Source: Rhodospirillales bacterium (GTDB lineage: Bacteria > Pseudomonadota > Alphaproteobacteria > Rhodospirillales > UBA2165). Taken from it: a DNA stretch of 64,000 nt. Location of the stretch: the NCBI GenBank assembly GCA_046582495.1, contig JAYGEG010000160.1, positions 81,236-145,235 of the forward strand, read 5' to 3'. Below the pieces are notes generated by a model. The model was not told where the DNA came from and searched no databases. It saw nothing but the letters and a program-made list of their open reading frames with translations. Positions 27,181 to 37,145 of this stretch are shown in pieces. Numbering within the stretch: the stretch's first letter is position 1; every line of letters begins with the position of its first letter. Both the position numbers and the translations under genes were made by a program.

Positions 27181-27432
27181 ATGGCTGAAGAAAAAATTCC
27201 GGCAGACATCAAGAAGTTGAGTTTCGAAGATGCCTTGGCGGAACTCGAAGAGATCGTCGGCGATCTCGAACAAGGTGCCAATAAACTTGATGAAGCCATC
27301 GGGGCCTACGAACGCGGCACTTTGCTGAAAAAACATTGCGAGGCCAAGCTTCGTGAAGCCAAAGCTCGAATTGAGAAAATTTCCGTTGGGCCGGATGGTA
27401 GTGCCAGCGCCGAGCCAATCGATATTTCATAG
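27181..27432 (+). CDS. xseB: Exodeoxyribonuclease VII small subunit
   Basis: 'LSFEDALAELEEIVGDLEQG...LDEAIGAYERG' is a typical XseB sequence. The start is set at ATG 27181; the track ORF starts at TTG 27172. Confidence 0.85.
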   Translation: MAEEKIPADIKKLSFEDALAELEEIVGDLEQGANKLDEAIGAYERGTLLKKHCEAKLREAKARIEKISVGPDGSASAEPIDIS

Positions 27433-27444
27433 GGACTGCATTTT

Positions 27445-28332
27445 TTGAGTGAATTTCAAGAAGCATTGGCGGATGCGGCGGCGGCAACTGAAACGGCCCT
27501 GTTAAAGCTTATTCCAGAAGGTGATGGACCCGAATCCCAAGTCATTGACGCAATGCGTTACTCGGTTATGGCCGGGGGTAAACGTCTCAGACCCTTTCTC
27601 GTGCTGGCAACCGCTGATCTTTTTAATGTTTCCAGAGCATGTTCTGAACGCGTCGCCGCAGCGATTGAGATGATCCATACTTACTCGCTTATCCATGATG
27701 ATTTACCTTCAATGGATGACGATGAGTTGCGACGTGGAAATCCAACCTGTCATGTCAAATTTGACGAGGCCACGGCGATTTTAGCCGGTGATGCTTTACT
27801 TACTTTGGCGTTCGAAGTTTTAAGTGACCATGACACGCATGATTCAGCAACTATTCGCAGTAATCTAGTTCTGGAAGTGTCCCGCGCGATCGGCGCACGT
27901 GGCATGGTCGGCGGTCAAATGCTGGACCTCGTTGCCGAGGAACACGTTTTAGGCGTTTCAGAAATTACCCGACTTCAGCGGATGAAAACCGGCGCGCTGA
28001 TGAATTGCTCTTGCCAATCAGGCGCTATTCTCGGCAAAGCCAGCGACACACAGCGTCATTTGTTGAGTGCTTTTGCCCATGATATTGGGCTGGCGTTCCA
28101 GATTGCTGACGATCTTTTGGATATCGAAGGTGACGAGAAAGAACTTGGAAAAGCCACCAAAAAAGACGCAGCCGCTGGCAAAGCAACATTTGTATCTTTG
28201 CTGGGCGTCGAACGCGCCCGTGATCAGGCGCAGATTTTAACCGATCAGGCGATGAAACACCTTGAGATTTTTGGAGAAAAAGGCAATCTTCTCAAAGATT
28301 TGGCGCAATTTGTGATAGAACGAAGAAACTAG
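27445..28332 (+). CDS. ispA: Farnesyl/geranylgeranyl diphosphate synthase (polyprenyl synthetase family)
   Basis: First and second Asp-rich motifs are present ('LIHDDLPSMDDDELRRG', 'FQIADDLLD'). It sits in the conserved xseB-ispA-dxs order. TTG start. Confidence 0.88.
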   Translation: MSEFQEALADAAAATETALLKLIPEGDGPESQVIDAMRYSVMAGGKRLRPFLVLATADLFNVSRACSERVAAAIEMIHTYSLIHDDLPSMDDDELRRGNPTCHVKFDEATAILAGDALLTLAFEVLSDHDTHDSATIRSNLVLEVSRAIGARGMVGGQMLDLVAEEHVLGVSEITRLQRMKTGALMNCSCQSGAILGKASDTQRHLLSAFAHDIGLAFQIADDLLDIEGDEKELGKATKKDAAAGKATFVSLLGVERARDQAQILTDQAMKHLEIFGEKGNLLKDLAQFVIERRN

Positions 28333-28381
28333 ACTAATATAATAAAATTTTATACCGATAACCTTTGGACCTGGGAAGAGA

Positions 28382-30322
28382 GTGACCGTGGCGGAAAAAA
28401 GTAAAACGCCGTTATTAGATACGATTTCAGAACCATCTGATACACGAGGCTTTTCAGCTGATCAGTTGAAACAATTGGCCGACGAGGTGCGGATTGAGAC
28501 GATTGATGCCGTCTCAATTACCGGCGGGCATCTTGGCGCGAGCCTTGGCGTTGTCGAATTGGCGGTTGCTTTGCATCATGTTTTTGACACGCCGCATGAT
28601 CGTTTGATCTGGGATGTGAGCCACCAAGCCTACCCGCACAAAATTCTAACTGGCCGGCGGGATCGTATCCACACCTTGCGCCAGGGCGGCGGGCTTTCTG
28701 GATTTACCAAACGCACTGAAAGCGAATATGACCCGTTTGGCGCGGCGCACAGTTCGACGTCGATCTCGGCGGGGCTCGGCATGGCCGTTGCCCGCGATCT
28801 TAGTGGTGGTAAAAACCACGTTATTGCGGTCATTGGTGACGGTGCCATGAGTGCCGGGATGGCCTATGAGGCGATGAATAACGCGGGCTCCAACGAGTCG
28901 CGACTGATTGTTATATTGAATGACAACGACATGTCGATTGCGCCGCCGGTCGGTGCGATGAGTGCCTATCTGTCGCGCCTGATATCCTCCAAGTCTTACC
29001 AATCGATCCGCCACTTCGCCAAAGAGATCGCCGAAAAATTACCCAGACGAGTCGAAGAAACCGCACGCCGGGCGGAGGAATATGCCCGCGGTATATTAAC
29101 CGGCGGCACGTTGTTCGAAGAGCTTGGGTTTTTCTATATCGGTCCGATTGATGGCCACAATATTGATCACCTTCTGCCGCTGCTGAAAAATTTACGCGAT
29201 ACCGAGGAAAGCGGTCCGATCTTGCTGCATGTCGTGACCGAAAAAGGCCACGGCTATGAGCCGGCCGAGCAATCACCTGATAAATATCACGGTGTTTCTA
29301 AATTTGATGTCGTGACCGGCAAACAAGACAAGCCTAAATCCAATGCGCCGTCCTACACCAGCGTCTATGCAGACGCGTTGATCAAAGAAGCCGAGAAAGA
29401 CGACAAATTGGTTGCAATCACCGCCGCGATGCCCTCCGGCACCGGCCTTGATAAGTTTGGTGACGCGTTCCCGGATCGCACATTTGATGTTGGTATTGCG
29501 GAACAGCACGGTGTGACTTTTGCCGCCGGCCTCGCAACTGAAGGCTATAAGCCTTTTGTGACGATATATTCGACCTTCTTGCAACGCGCGTATGATCAGG
29601 TCGTGCATGATGTTGCGGTCCAAAAGCTGCCGGTGCGGTTTGCCATAGATCGGGCAGGGCTGGTTGGCGCGGACGGCGCGACCCATGCAGGCTCGTTTGA
29701 TATAACCTATCTCGCCTGCCTGCCGGATTTTGTTGTGATGGCGGCTTCGGATGAGGCTGAGCTCAAACACATGGTGGCAACTGCGGTTCAAATCGATGAT
29801 CGTCCCTCGGCTTTCCGTTATCCACGCGGCGAAGGTCTCGGCGTCGATATGCCCGAGATTGGTACGCCTTTGGAAATCGGTAAGGGCCGGATATTACGCG
29901 AAGGCACATCTGTTGCGTTGTTGACGCTCGGCGGTCGTTTGCGCGAAGTCATGGAAGCTGCCGACGAACTTGCCTCCAAAGGCTGGTCTACAACAGTTGC
30001 TGATGCGCGTTTCGTCAAACCACTTGATCAGGAAATGATCTTGAGGCTCGCCAAAGAACACGAAGTGCTGATCACCATCGAAGAAGGTGCTGTTGGTGGC
30101 TTTGCTGCCCATGTCATGCAGTTCCTGGCCAATGAAGGCGCTTTTGATAAAGGGCTTAAATTCCGGGCGATGACTTTGCCGGATATATTCATCGATCATG
30201 AGAAGCCTGAAAAACAATATGAGATCGCTGGCTTAAAACGCCCGGATATTGTTGCGATGGCTTTGATGGCACTCGGTGAGGCAGCTGAAACCCGCGAAGG
30301 CATCACGCCCGCCAGCGCTTAG
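28382..30322 (+). CDS. dxs: 1-deoxy-D-xylulose-5-phosphate synthase
   Basis: A 646-aa protein with a ThDP motif ('[18 protein letters not shown]...NDN') and Dxs-typical sequence throughout. Confidence 0.97.
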   Translation: MTVAEKSKTPLLDTISEPSDTRGFSADQLKQLADEVRIETIDAVSITGGHLGASLGVVELAVALHHVFDTPHDRLIWDVSHQAYPHKILTGRRDRIHTLRQGGGLSGFTKRTESEYDPFGAAHSSTSISAGLGMAVARDLSGGKNHVIAVIGDGAMSAGMAYEAMNNAGSNESRLIVILNDNDMSIAPPVGAMSAYLSRLISSKSYQSIRHFAKEIAEKLPRRVEETARRAEEYARGILTGGTLFEELGFFYIGPIDGHNIDHLLPLLKNLRDTEESGPILLHVVTEKGHGYEPAEQSPDKYHGVSKFDVVTGKQDKPKSNAPSYTSVYADALIKEAEKDDKLVAITAAMPSGTGLDKFGDAFPDRTFDVGIAEQHGVTFAAGLATEGYKPFVTIYSTFLQRAYDQVVHDVAVQKLPVRFAIDRAGLVGADGATHAGSFDITYLACLPDFVVMAASDEAELKHMVATAVQIDDRPSAFRYPRGEGLGVDMPEIGTPLEIGKGRILREGTSVALLTLGGRLREVMEAADELASKGWSTTVADARFVKPLDQEMILRLAKEHEVLITIEEGAVGGFAAHVMQFLANEGAFDKGLKFRAMTLPDIFIDHEKPEKQYEIAGLKRPDIVAMALMALGEAAETREGITPASA

Positions 30323-30335
30323 CCTGCATTTCGAA

Positions 30336-31082
30336 ATGGCTTCCGTTCCGAAACGAAGATTAGATCAGCTCTTGGTAGATCGTGGGCTCGCAGAATCACG
30401 CAGCCGCGCTCAAGCTTTGGTCATGGCCGGGCTGGTCTATAGCGAAACCAAACGCCTCGATAAAGCCGGCACGCAAATCCGTGAAGACACGCCCCTGGAA
30501 CTCAAAGGGCCGGATCATCCCTGGGTGTCGCGCGGCGGGCTCAAGCTCGATCATGGGCTCGATCATTTTAACTACGATGTCACCGGCGCGATCTGTCTTG
30601 ATGTTGGGGCGTCGACAGGCGGTTTCACGGATGTGCTGCTTAGCCGAGGAGCTGCAAAAGTTTACGCAGTTGATGTCGGGCATGGGCAACTCGCCTGGAA
30701 AATTCGTAAAGATGAGCAGGTGATTGTTTTGGAGCACACCAACGCACGCCATATCACGTCAAATGAAATTCCTGAAGCAATCGATTTCATTTGTTGCGAT
30801 GCGAGTTTTATCGGGTTGCAAACGATCCTGCCTGCGCCGATGAAATTGGCGGCACAAGACGCCAAGATGATCGCACTCATCAAACCACAATTCGAGGTCG
30901 GTAAAGATCAGGTCGGCAAGAAAGGCGTGGTCCGTGATCCCAACCTCCACCAGGAAGTCTGCGACCGAATTTCAACATGGCTGGATGCCTTTCCGGATTG
31001 GCGCGTTGACGGTATCGCTAAAAGTCCGATCACCGGGCCGGAAGGAAATGTCGAATTCCTGATCGCGGCCCGGCACTCATAG
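30336..31082 (+). CDS. tlyA: TlyA-family rRNA 2'-O-ribose methyltransferase
   Basis: An S4-like N-terminus ('RLDQLLVDRGLAESRSRAQALV') and an FtsJ-like motif 'LDVGASTGGFTD' are present. The start is set at ATG 30336, avoiding overlap with the dxs 3' end. Confidence 0.85.
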   Translation: MASVPKRRLDQLLVDRGLAESRSRAQALVMAGLVYSETKRLDKAGTQIREDTPLELKGPDHPWVSRGGLKLDHGLDHFNYDVTGAICLDVGASTGGFTDVLLSRGAAKVYAVDVGHGQLAWKIRKDEQVIVLEHTNARHITSNEIPEAIDFICCDASFIGLQTILPAPMKLAAQDAKMIALIKPQFEVGKDQVGKKGVVRDPNLHQEVCDRISTWLDAFPDWRVDGIAKSPITGPEGNVEFLIAARHS

Positions 31083-31093
31083 CAGAAAACAAA

Positions 31094-31125
31094 AAACCCC
31101 GCGGGCTCTGGGCCTCACGGGGTTT
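31094..31125 (+). terminator. Hairpin after tlyA (possible terminator)
   Basis: aaaccccg (31094-31101) pairs with cggggttt (31118-31125) around a 16-nt loop. The trailing T-run is weak. Confidence 0.4.
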
Positions 31126-31367
31126 CTCAGCATTTTAGCTGTATGTTCCAACAAAAATGTCGGATTTTTCATCGGACGCCATAAACGTCCGGCACAATTT
31201 TAAATTTTCAGATTCCTGCCCCCTCATGACAAGGAGGCTTGAATTGGCCAGGTGGTTCAATCGGGGTCATCATAACCCATCTACCTTCCTTGTTGAGGTT
31301 AAGTCGATATTGACAGGAAGATTATAGCAAATTTCTATATCTATTTCTACGTACTTGCGGTAGTAAA

Positions 31368-32426
31368 CTAAGCCAAAGCGCGACCGTTGATTTGGGAAGA
31401 TTCTTCGGCATAGCGATAGGCGCGGAAGACCCAATTTAAGAGTTCGCCATTTGGAAACTCTTTCTCATGGGGAGAAATATACTCCCAAGCAATCTTGCCG
31501 TCGGATGTGACTTCAAAAATTCTCCTCCAGCCGCCTTCGCAAATCAACGTGTTGCCGGAGCTCAGTCGTTGGGCGCCGCTGATATGGGGGCTGAAAAAAG
31601 ACAGCGGCGGCGAGCCCTTATAATCCCAAACGATTTCGCGAGATTGGGGATCAAGCTCGATAACGCGCGAATGCGGAAAATTAAATGTCGTAAAGCCGTT
31701 GGCGAAGAATAGAATGTTTCCGTTTTCCAGCATTTGGGCGTCGTGCTGCATGCCCCAGGAGAGATCGCTCATCTCCCAGTTAAAATTCTTAGTTTCGCGG
31801 TCGATGACAGCAAGCATACTGTTGCGCCGTAGGCTAACCAAAACATCGCCATTGGGCAGCGGAAAACAAGAATTCATATGGGCGAATTCAGCGCGAGGAA
31901 CTTCGAGATGGAGCGGGTAGTTCTCGATTTCCATATCCTGGAAATGCCACTCCCAAACGGTTTCACCGCTCGATGTGACTTCCTTTATATAGTCGCCGTA
32001 TATGCTGCCGTCTGAATGCTCGGTGCCGGCAATGCCGCCCTGGACGCGGGCGGCTTTTTCGGCAGGTATGGTCTCCCAGCCAATATAAAGAAGATTGCCG
32101 TTGTCCAGCTTGCGTACATCGTGATGCTGCGCATGATCGATAAATTCAGAAATGAGATTTCCTTGCCAGTCATATTCCCGGATATAGCCGCCTTTACCGT
32201 TAACCCCCGTTGGGCCTTCCGGGCTCATTTCCGAGGTGAGAAGATTGCCGTTCTCAAGCAAATAAACCAGACCGCTGCGAGCATTGCCAAGGTGCCACTC
32301 ATGCACGGTTTCTCCAGCCATATTGAGTAGATATGCCGTGCTCGTATGAAGCGGTGAAAAGAGCGTCAGGCCTGACGTTGCCTGTAGTTCGTCATTTACC
32401 AAGAGCCCAGTTTGCGTGACTCGCAT
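31368..32426 (-). CDS. Arylsulfotransferase (ASST)-family beta-propeller protein, no obvious signal peptide
   Basis: It has repeated 'NGN(L/I)L' blades, 'HHD' and 'QHD' motifs, and a size typical of the ASST family. The start is set at 'MRVTQTG' (ATG 32426, 'ggggga' upstream); the longer ORF would overlap the divergent gene. Confidence 0.55.
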   Translation of the reverse strand: MRVTQTGLLVNDELQATSGLTLFSPLHTSTAYLLNMAGETVHEWHLGNARSGLVYLLENGNLLTSEMSPEGPTGVNGKGGYIREYDWQGNLISEFIDHAQHHDVRKLDNGNLLYIGWETIPAEKAARVQGGIAGTEHSDGSIYGDYIKEVTSSGETVWEWHFQDMEIENYPLHLEVPRAEFAHMNSCFPLPNGDVLVSLRRNSMLAVIDRETKNFNWEMSDLSWGMQHDAQMLENGNILFFANGFTTFNFPHSRVIELDPQSREIVWDYKGSPPLSFFSPHISGAQRLSSGNTLICEGGWRRIFEVTSDGKIAWEYISPHEKEFPNGELLNWVFRAYRYAEESSQINGRALA

Positions 32427-32494
32427 AAAGTTTCCCCCGTTAAATTCTATGCTATAACACTGCCAACAGTTTAATACTCTTATGGGGGAGAGCA

Positions 32495-33715
32495 ATGCCT
32501 GAAGGCGACCACAAAATAGAAAATAAGGATCAGCGCTCAAAATATTTGGTTCAGGCCAAAAAACTTGCACCCATATTTAGAGAGCGAGCGATTGAGGCCG
32601 AAGAGTTACGCCGCATGCCGGACGAAACTGTAGCTGATATCGTTGCCTCAGGAATACCCCGAATGTGTCAGCCAAAGCGCTTTGGCGGTGCGGAACTGCC
32701 TTGGGATGCGCTGGTTGAAGTTGTCATCGAACTTGGTAAAGGTTGCGGATCGCAAGCTTGGGTCGCGGATGTTTTCAGTGAGCATAATTGTCACTTGGGG
32801 CATTTTCCAAACGAAGCTCAGCACGATGTGTGGGATGATAATCCTGAAGCGCTGATATCCACGTCTTATGCTCCGACCGGCAAGGCCGAGCGGGTCGACG
32901 GTGGTTGGAAACTTTCGGGACGTTGGGGTTTTTCGAGTGGCGTCGAGCATTCAAGCTGGACCATTCTCGGCGTTTTGCTTCCGGATGCAGACGGAGAGAA
33001 ATCGGAAGATGGACCCGGTCGCGGATATGGTCACGGCCATCATTTCATGTTGGTGCCAGCTGCTGATCGTATAGTTCTGGATACATGGCATACGATCGGA
33101 CTTGCCGGGACCGGTAGTCATGATGTGACAGTTGAGGATACCTTCGTGCCGGATCATCGGGTGTTGGACACCCGCTTGACGGCGGTGGCGAAATCACCAG
33201 GCGCTGAACACAATACAGCGCCTGTTTTTAAAATGCCGCATTTGGGATTTGCTCAGCCGTCTCTCGCCGGCGTTGCTGTCGGTATTGCTTCCGGTGCCGT
33301 GGCTGATTTTGAGGAAATGCTCAAAACCCGCAAAGTGCGAGGCAAGCTTCTCGGGGATATTCAAGGATTGCAATTGCGTCTTGCGGAAGCTTCTGCAGAA
33401 ATTGAGGCGGCGCGTTTATTAGCGATGTCTACCGCTCAGGAAAATATGGATTTAATCGTCTCTGGAAAAGTGCTGGATATGGCTGATCTTGGGCGATCGC
33501 GCAGAAATGCAGCTTATGCCGTCAAACTTGCCAAGGCGGCAACCCAGCGCGTATTTGAAGCAACCGGTGGGCAAGGCATTTACGTAGGTCAACCCATTCA
33601 GCGAGCTTTTAGGGACATTCAAGCGGCGGCGTCTCATATTGCGCTCGGCTGGGATCTCAGCGCGACTATTTACAGTAAGCAAGCTCTTGGACTTGATATG
33701 TCAGACGTTCTCTAG
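32495..33715 (+). CDS. Acyl-CoA-dehydrogenase-fold flavin-dependent monooxygenase (group D, HsaA/C2-HpaH-like)
   Basis: 'RRMPDETVADIVASGIPRMCQPKRFGGAEL' and 'GGWKLSGRWGFSSG' are characteristic of the two-component oxygenase subfamily. No reductase gene is adjacent. Confidence 0.65.
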   Translation: MPEGDHKIENKDQRSKYLVQAKKLAPIFRERAIEAEELRRMPDETVADIVASGIPRMCQPKRFGGAELPWDALVEVVIELGKGCGSQAWVADVFSEHNCHLGHFPNEAQHDVWDDNPEALISTSYAPTGKAERVDGGWKLSGRWGFSSGVEHSSWTILGVLLPDADGEKSEDGPGRGYGHGHHFMLVPAADRIVLDTWHTIGLAGTGSHDVTVEDTFVPDHRVLDTRLTAVAKSPGAEHNTAPVFKMPHLGFAQPSLAGVAVGIASGAVADFEEMLKTRKVRGKLLGDIQGLQLRLAEASAEIEAARLLAMSTAQENMDLIVSGKVLDMADLGRSRRNAAYAVKLAKAATQRVFEATGGQGIYVGQPIQRAFRDIQAAASHIALGWDLSATIYSKQALGLDMSDVL

Positions 33716-33738
33716 AGATACTTAACAAATGAAAGATT

Positions 33739-33936
33739 ATGGTTTTCGGCATTTTTGGTAAAAGCGATAAGAAAATTAAAGAGCTCATCGACAACAAACA
33801 ATATGATGAACTGTCGACCGAAGTCATCGATGAGATCGCTGCGGATATCATTCTAACCACGGAAACTTCCATGCAAGGGTATCGAGTGGTCGATCGTATC
33901 GAAATCATTACCGCGGAATGTGTGTTTGGTAGGTGA
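33739..33936 (+). CDS. YbjQ/UPF0145-like fragment (65 aa, apparently truncated)
   Basis: 'ILTTETSMQGYRVVDRIEIITAECVFG' matches the N-terminal strand region of YbjQ-type proteins. The ORF stops where about 70 more residues would be expected. Its 3' end overlaps the convergent gene by 29 nt. Confidence 0.35.
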   Translation: MVFGIFGKSDKKIKELIDNKQYDELSTEVIDEIAADIILTTETSMQGYRVVDRIEIITAECVFGR

Positions 33937-34369
33937 GCGGGCGGGCGGTATAGATACTGCACTTACGGCTTTCTTGATCCAGCAGCGGGCAGTCAATTTT
34001 TGAAGCAGCGCGTTCGAAGCGGCTCATGCCTTTGGTTTTTCCGACAACGTCATTTAGTCTGCTGATGAGGTTCGTAACCTGCGCACCGTCAAAGTTCGAT
34101 TGAATGAATTTTGTTAAGATCGCGAGTTCCGGCATGCTCAGCCCAACATATTGATGGCAGCAAAACGTACAGCCCGCTGCACAGGCAAGAGGCTGGTCTG
34201 GCTTTTCCTGTTCATAGAATCGTTTGAGAAGAGTTTCTACCGTCTCCAGCGCATCAATGCCAATATCAGCAAGCCCATCGCCGGTGGGATGCGATGCGAA
34301 AGTTTTGGCGACACTGTCTTTTTGCGCTTGTTTCAGGTCGCTTTCAAAATTTGGTTTGTCGGAGTCCAT
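33908..34369 (-). CDS. YkgJ-family cysteine-cluster (CxxCxxCC) protein
   Basis: 'CAAGCTFCCHQY' and a distal 'CPLL...CSIYTARP' are present. The C-terminus is unusually short after the 'RP' motif. Confidence 0.55.
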   Translation of the reverse strand: MDSDKPNFESDLKQAQKDSVAKTFASHPTGDGLADIGIDALETVETLLKRFYEQEKPDQPLACAAGCTFCCHQYVGLSMPELAILTKFIQSNFDGAQVTNLISRLNDVVGKTKGMSRFERAASKIDCPLLDQESRKCSIYTARPLTYQTHIPR

Positions 34370-34396
34370 CCTGCGCCCTTAATTGGGTATGGTCAG

Positions 34397-34975
34397 TTAT
34401 CGATCCATCTCATGATAGTCGGCATTAGGCATCATATCCAAACCATGCGCCATACGGTTGGTGTAATTAAAGAAGGCAGCGGTATCGCAGATATCGAAAA
34501 TGTCCTGCTCGGCAAAGCCTGCGCCGCGCAATGCATCTCGATCTGGATCGCCAATATCGTGCGGATTTTCTGTCAGCTTCCAAACAAAATCCAACATTGT
34601 GCGGGTACGGTCATCAAGTTCGGCAACGCGGTAGTTCATCACCATCATTTCGCCGAGGTGTGGGTCGTCTGAAAGCTGGCGCACGGCCTGACCGTGAGCC
34701 ACCAGGCAATAATAACACCGGTTGGCAGAGGAGACGACGACGGCAATCATTTCACGCTCAAGCTTGGTGAGGTTGCAGTCTTCTTCATCCAACATGAGTT
34801 TGTTGTAAAAGGCAGTGAAATTGCGAAACTTTTCGAGATTACCAGTATAGGCGCGCAGCACATTCGGCACCATGCCGAGCTTCTCTTCGCAGATCGCAAA
34901 ATATTTTTTGGTGTCGTCGTCGAGGCTGTCTAAATCGGGCAGCGGTAATTTAATAATGTGATCTGGTTGCGGCAT
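34397..34975 (-). CDS. Peroxidase-related enzyme, AhpD/carboxymuconolactone decarboxylase family
   Basis: The 'CYYCLVAHG' CxxC-H motif is present within an AhpD-like helical core of 192 aa. Confidence 0.75.
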   Translation of the reverse strand: MPQPDHIIKLPLPDLDSLDDDTKKYFAICEEKLGMVPNVLRAYTGNLEKFRNFTAFYNKLMLDEEDCNLTKLEREMIAVVVSSANRCYYCLVAHGQAVRQLSDDPHLGEMMVMNYRVAELDDRTRTMLDFVWKLTENPHDIGDPDRDALRGAGFAEQDIFDICDTAAFFNYTNRMAHGLDMMPNADYHEMDR

Positions 34976-34987
34976 CTAACTACCCGC

Positions 34988-36058
34988 CTAACGACACTGT
35001 GCTTTGTGGCGCAACATATGATCGGCCAGCACGCAGGCAACCATGGCTTCGCCTACGGGGACGCCTCGAATGCCAACGCAAGGGTCGTGGCGGCCTTTGG
35101 TGGAAACCTCGGTTTCCTCGCCCGTCGTTGTGATCGTTCGCCGCGGCGTCGTGATCGAACTGGTTGGCTTGACGGCAAAGCGTGCGACGATGTCTTGCCC
35201 GGTGGAAATGCCGCCCAATATGCCGCCGGCATTATTGGAGAGGAAGGCTGGTCGTCCATCAACCATGCGCATTTCATCAGCATTTTCTTCGCCGCTGAGT
35301 TCAGCAGCGCCAAAGCCCGCACCGATTTCTACACCTTTTGCAGCGTTAATGCTCATCAAACCTTTCGCGATATCAGCGTCCATTTTATCGTAAACCGGAT
35401 TGCCGAGCCCGACAGGTACGCCGCGGGCAACAATTTCAATGACCGCACCAATCGAAGAGCCTTCCTTGCGGATGCCATCGAGGTAGCTTTCCCAGCTTTT
35501 TGCCATCTCTGCATCCGGGCACCAAAACGGGTTGTTGTCGATCTCTGCCCAATCCCATTTTTCGTGATCTATTTTATGCGGACCCATTTGTACAAGAGCG
35601 CCGCGCACGTCAATAGTTTCGCCTAAAACTTTGCGCGCGATGGCACCTGCGGCAACCCGGCTGGCGGTTTCGCGGGCGCTGGCGCGGCCGGATCCACGAT
35701 AATCGCGGTTTCCATATTTCTGGTGATAGGTGTAATCCGCATGACCCGGACGATAGAGATCTTTGATTTCTTCATAGTCTTTTGAGCGCTGATCAGTGTT
35801 CTCAATCAGCAAAGCGATTGGCGTGCCTGTGGTTTTACCTTCGAAAACACCAGACAGGATACGCACTTGATCGGCTTCCTGGCGCTGCGTGGTAAAGCGC
35901 GATTGGCCTGGCTTGCGCTTATCAAGCCAGACTTGAATATCTTCTTCACTCAGCGGAATGTTGGGTGGTGTGCCATCGACAACACAGCCGATGGCTGGCC
36001 CATGGCTTTCGCCAAAAGTCGTGAATTGGAAGAGATGGCCGAAGCTATTTCCAGACAT
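34988..36058 (-). CDS. aroC: Chorismate synthase
   Basis: 'FGESHG', 'GRSSARETA'-type ('[14 protein letters not shown]') and 'GGISTG' signatures are present in a full-length 356-aa protein. Confidence 0.95.
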   Translation of the reverse strand: MSGNSFGHLFQFTTFGESHGPAIGCVVDGTPPNIPLSEEDIQVWLDKRKPGQSRFTTQRQEADQVRILSGVFEGKTTGTPIALLIENTDQRSKDYEEIKDLYRPGHADYTYHQKYGNRDYRGSGRASARETASRVAAGAIARKVLGETIDVRGALVQMGPHKIDHEKWDWAEIDNNPFWCPDAEMAKSWESYLDGIRKEGSSIGAVIEIVARGVPVGLGNPVYDKMDADIAKGLMSINAAKGVEIGAGFGAAELSGEENADEMRMVDGRPAFLSNNAGGILGGISTGQDIVARFAVKPTSSITTPRRTITTTGEETEVSTKGRHDPCVGIRGVPVGEAMVACVLADHMLRHKAQCR

Positions 36059-36069
36059 TGGTCACCACC

Positions 36070-36894
36070 TTATTTTTCACGGTTATTAACGGTGAGGTCA
36101 GGTGCGTCAGGGGCTTTCATGCCGACAATGTTGTAGCCGCAATCAACATGATGAGTTTCACCGGTAACGCCAGATGAAAGATCACTTAAAAGATACATCC
36201 CAGCGCCGCCGACATCATCGTTGGACACATTGCGGCGAAGCGGTGAGTTATATTCGTTCCATTTGAGAATATAGCGAAAATCGCCGATTCCCGAGGCGGC
36301 CAGCGTTTTCATCGGACCCGCCGAGAGAGAGTTCACCCGAATATTTTGCCGGCCGAGGTCTTCTGCCAAATAGCGCACACTTGCCTCAAGCGCCGCTTTA
36401 GCAACACCCATGACATTGTAATGCGGCATAACGCGCTCGGAACCTGCATAGGTCAGCGTCAACAATGCGCCGCCATCTGTCATCAAAGCCTGAGCCCGCT
36501 GCGCCAATGCGGTGAAGGAGTAACAGGAAATTTGCATCGTGCGCGTGAAGTTCTCAGCGGATGTATTTAAATACTTGCCCGTCAATTCATCCTTGTCAGA
36601 AAAGGCGATGCCATGGAGCAGAAAGTCGAGCTTGCCCCATTTTTTCTCGATTTCAGCGAAAACCGCATCGACGCTACCTTCATCCGTAACGTCGCACGGC
36701 AGAACAATGTCTGATCCAACTGATTCGGCAAGCGGTGTCACACGCTTCAACAGCGCATCCCCTTGATAGCTGAAGGCAAGCTCAGCCCCTTGATCGTGGG
36801 TTGCTTTGGCGATGTTCCAGGCGATTGACCGATTATTGGCAACGCCCATAATTAGTCCTTTTTTACCCGCCATCAGGCCTGCTGAATTGTTCAT
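36070..36894 (-). CDS. fabI: Enoyl-[acyl-carrier-protein] reductase (NADH)
   Basis: 'GLIMGVANNRSIAW', a Tyr-x6-Lys region ('MGVAKAALEASVRYLA') and FabI-typical sequence throughout. Confidence 0.93.
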   Translation of the reverse strand: MNNSAGLMAGKKGLIMGVANNRSIAWNIAKATHDQGAELAFSYQGDALLKRVTPLAESVGSDIVLPCDVTDEGSVDAVFAEIEKKWGKLDFLLHGIAFSDKDELTGKYLNTSAENFTRTMQISCYSFTALAQRAQALMTDGGALLTLTYAGSERVMPHYNVMGVAKAALEASVRYLAEDLGRQNIRVNSLSAGPMKTLAASGIGDFRYILKWNEYNSPLRRNVSNDDVGGAGMYLLSDLSSGVTGETHHVDCGYNIVGMKAPDAPDLTVNNREK

Positions 36895-37060
36895 TGATCC
36901 CTCATAAGTCTTGGTGTTGTTGGTGGTCTATCGGTAACGCACCGGAAGCCACCGCACCATAGGTAAAAGTTAGTCGATGATCGATTAAAAGATTTAAAGC
37001 TTCGCTAAGAGATTAGGTTTATGCGGGGTTTATGCGGTTTCCTGCGCCTAAATGCAATGC

Positions 37061-37088
37061 AAAACGGCAGAGTTTTTGGCTCTGCCGT
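37061..37088 (-). terminator. Rho-independent terminator after the surface-antigen lipoprotein gene
   Basis: acggcagag (37064-37072) pairs with ctctgccgt (37080-37088). On the minus strand the hairpin is followed by tttt. Confidence 0.6.
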
Positions 37089-37145
37089 ATCACAATTTCT
37101 TACAAATAATTTCAGATTCGCCCAAGGGCGCAAATACCTTAGGGT

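Noticed and set aside
31146-31322. A 58-aa ORF, an internal AAGGAGG, several hairpins, and a 'ggttcaatc' string that suggested a tRNA T-arm or an sRNA
   Set aside because: I could not build a cloverleaf because the T-stem complement is absent. The ORF has no family resemblance, and the hairpins are short. Only RNA-seq could justify a call here.
34958-35626. A 222-aa plus-strand ORF, plus the 173-aa ORF at 34151-34672
   Set aside because: They are antisense to aroC, the AhpD-like gene and the YkgJ-like gene, which have strong signatures. They show no motifs and have odd composition.
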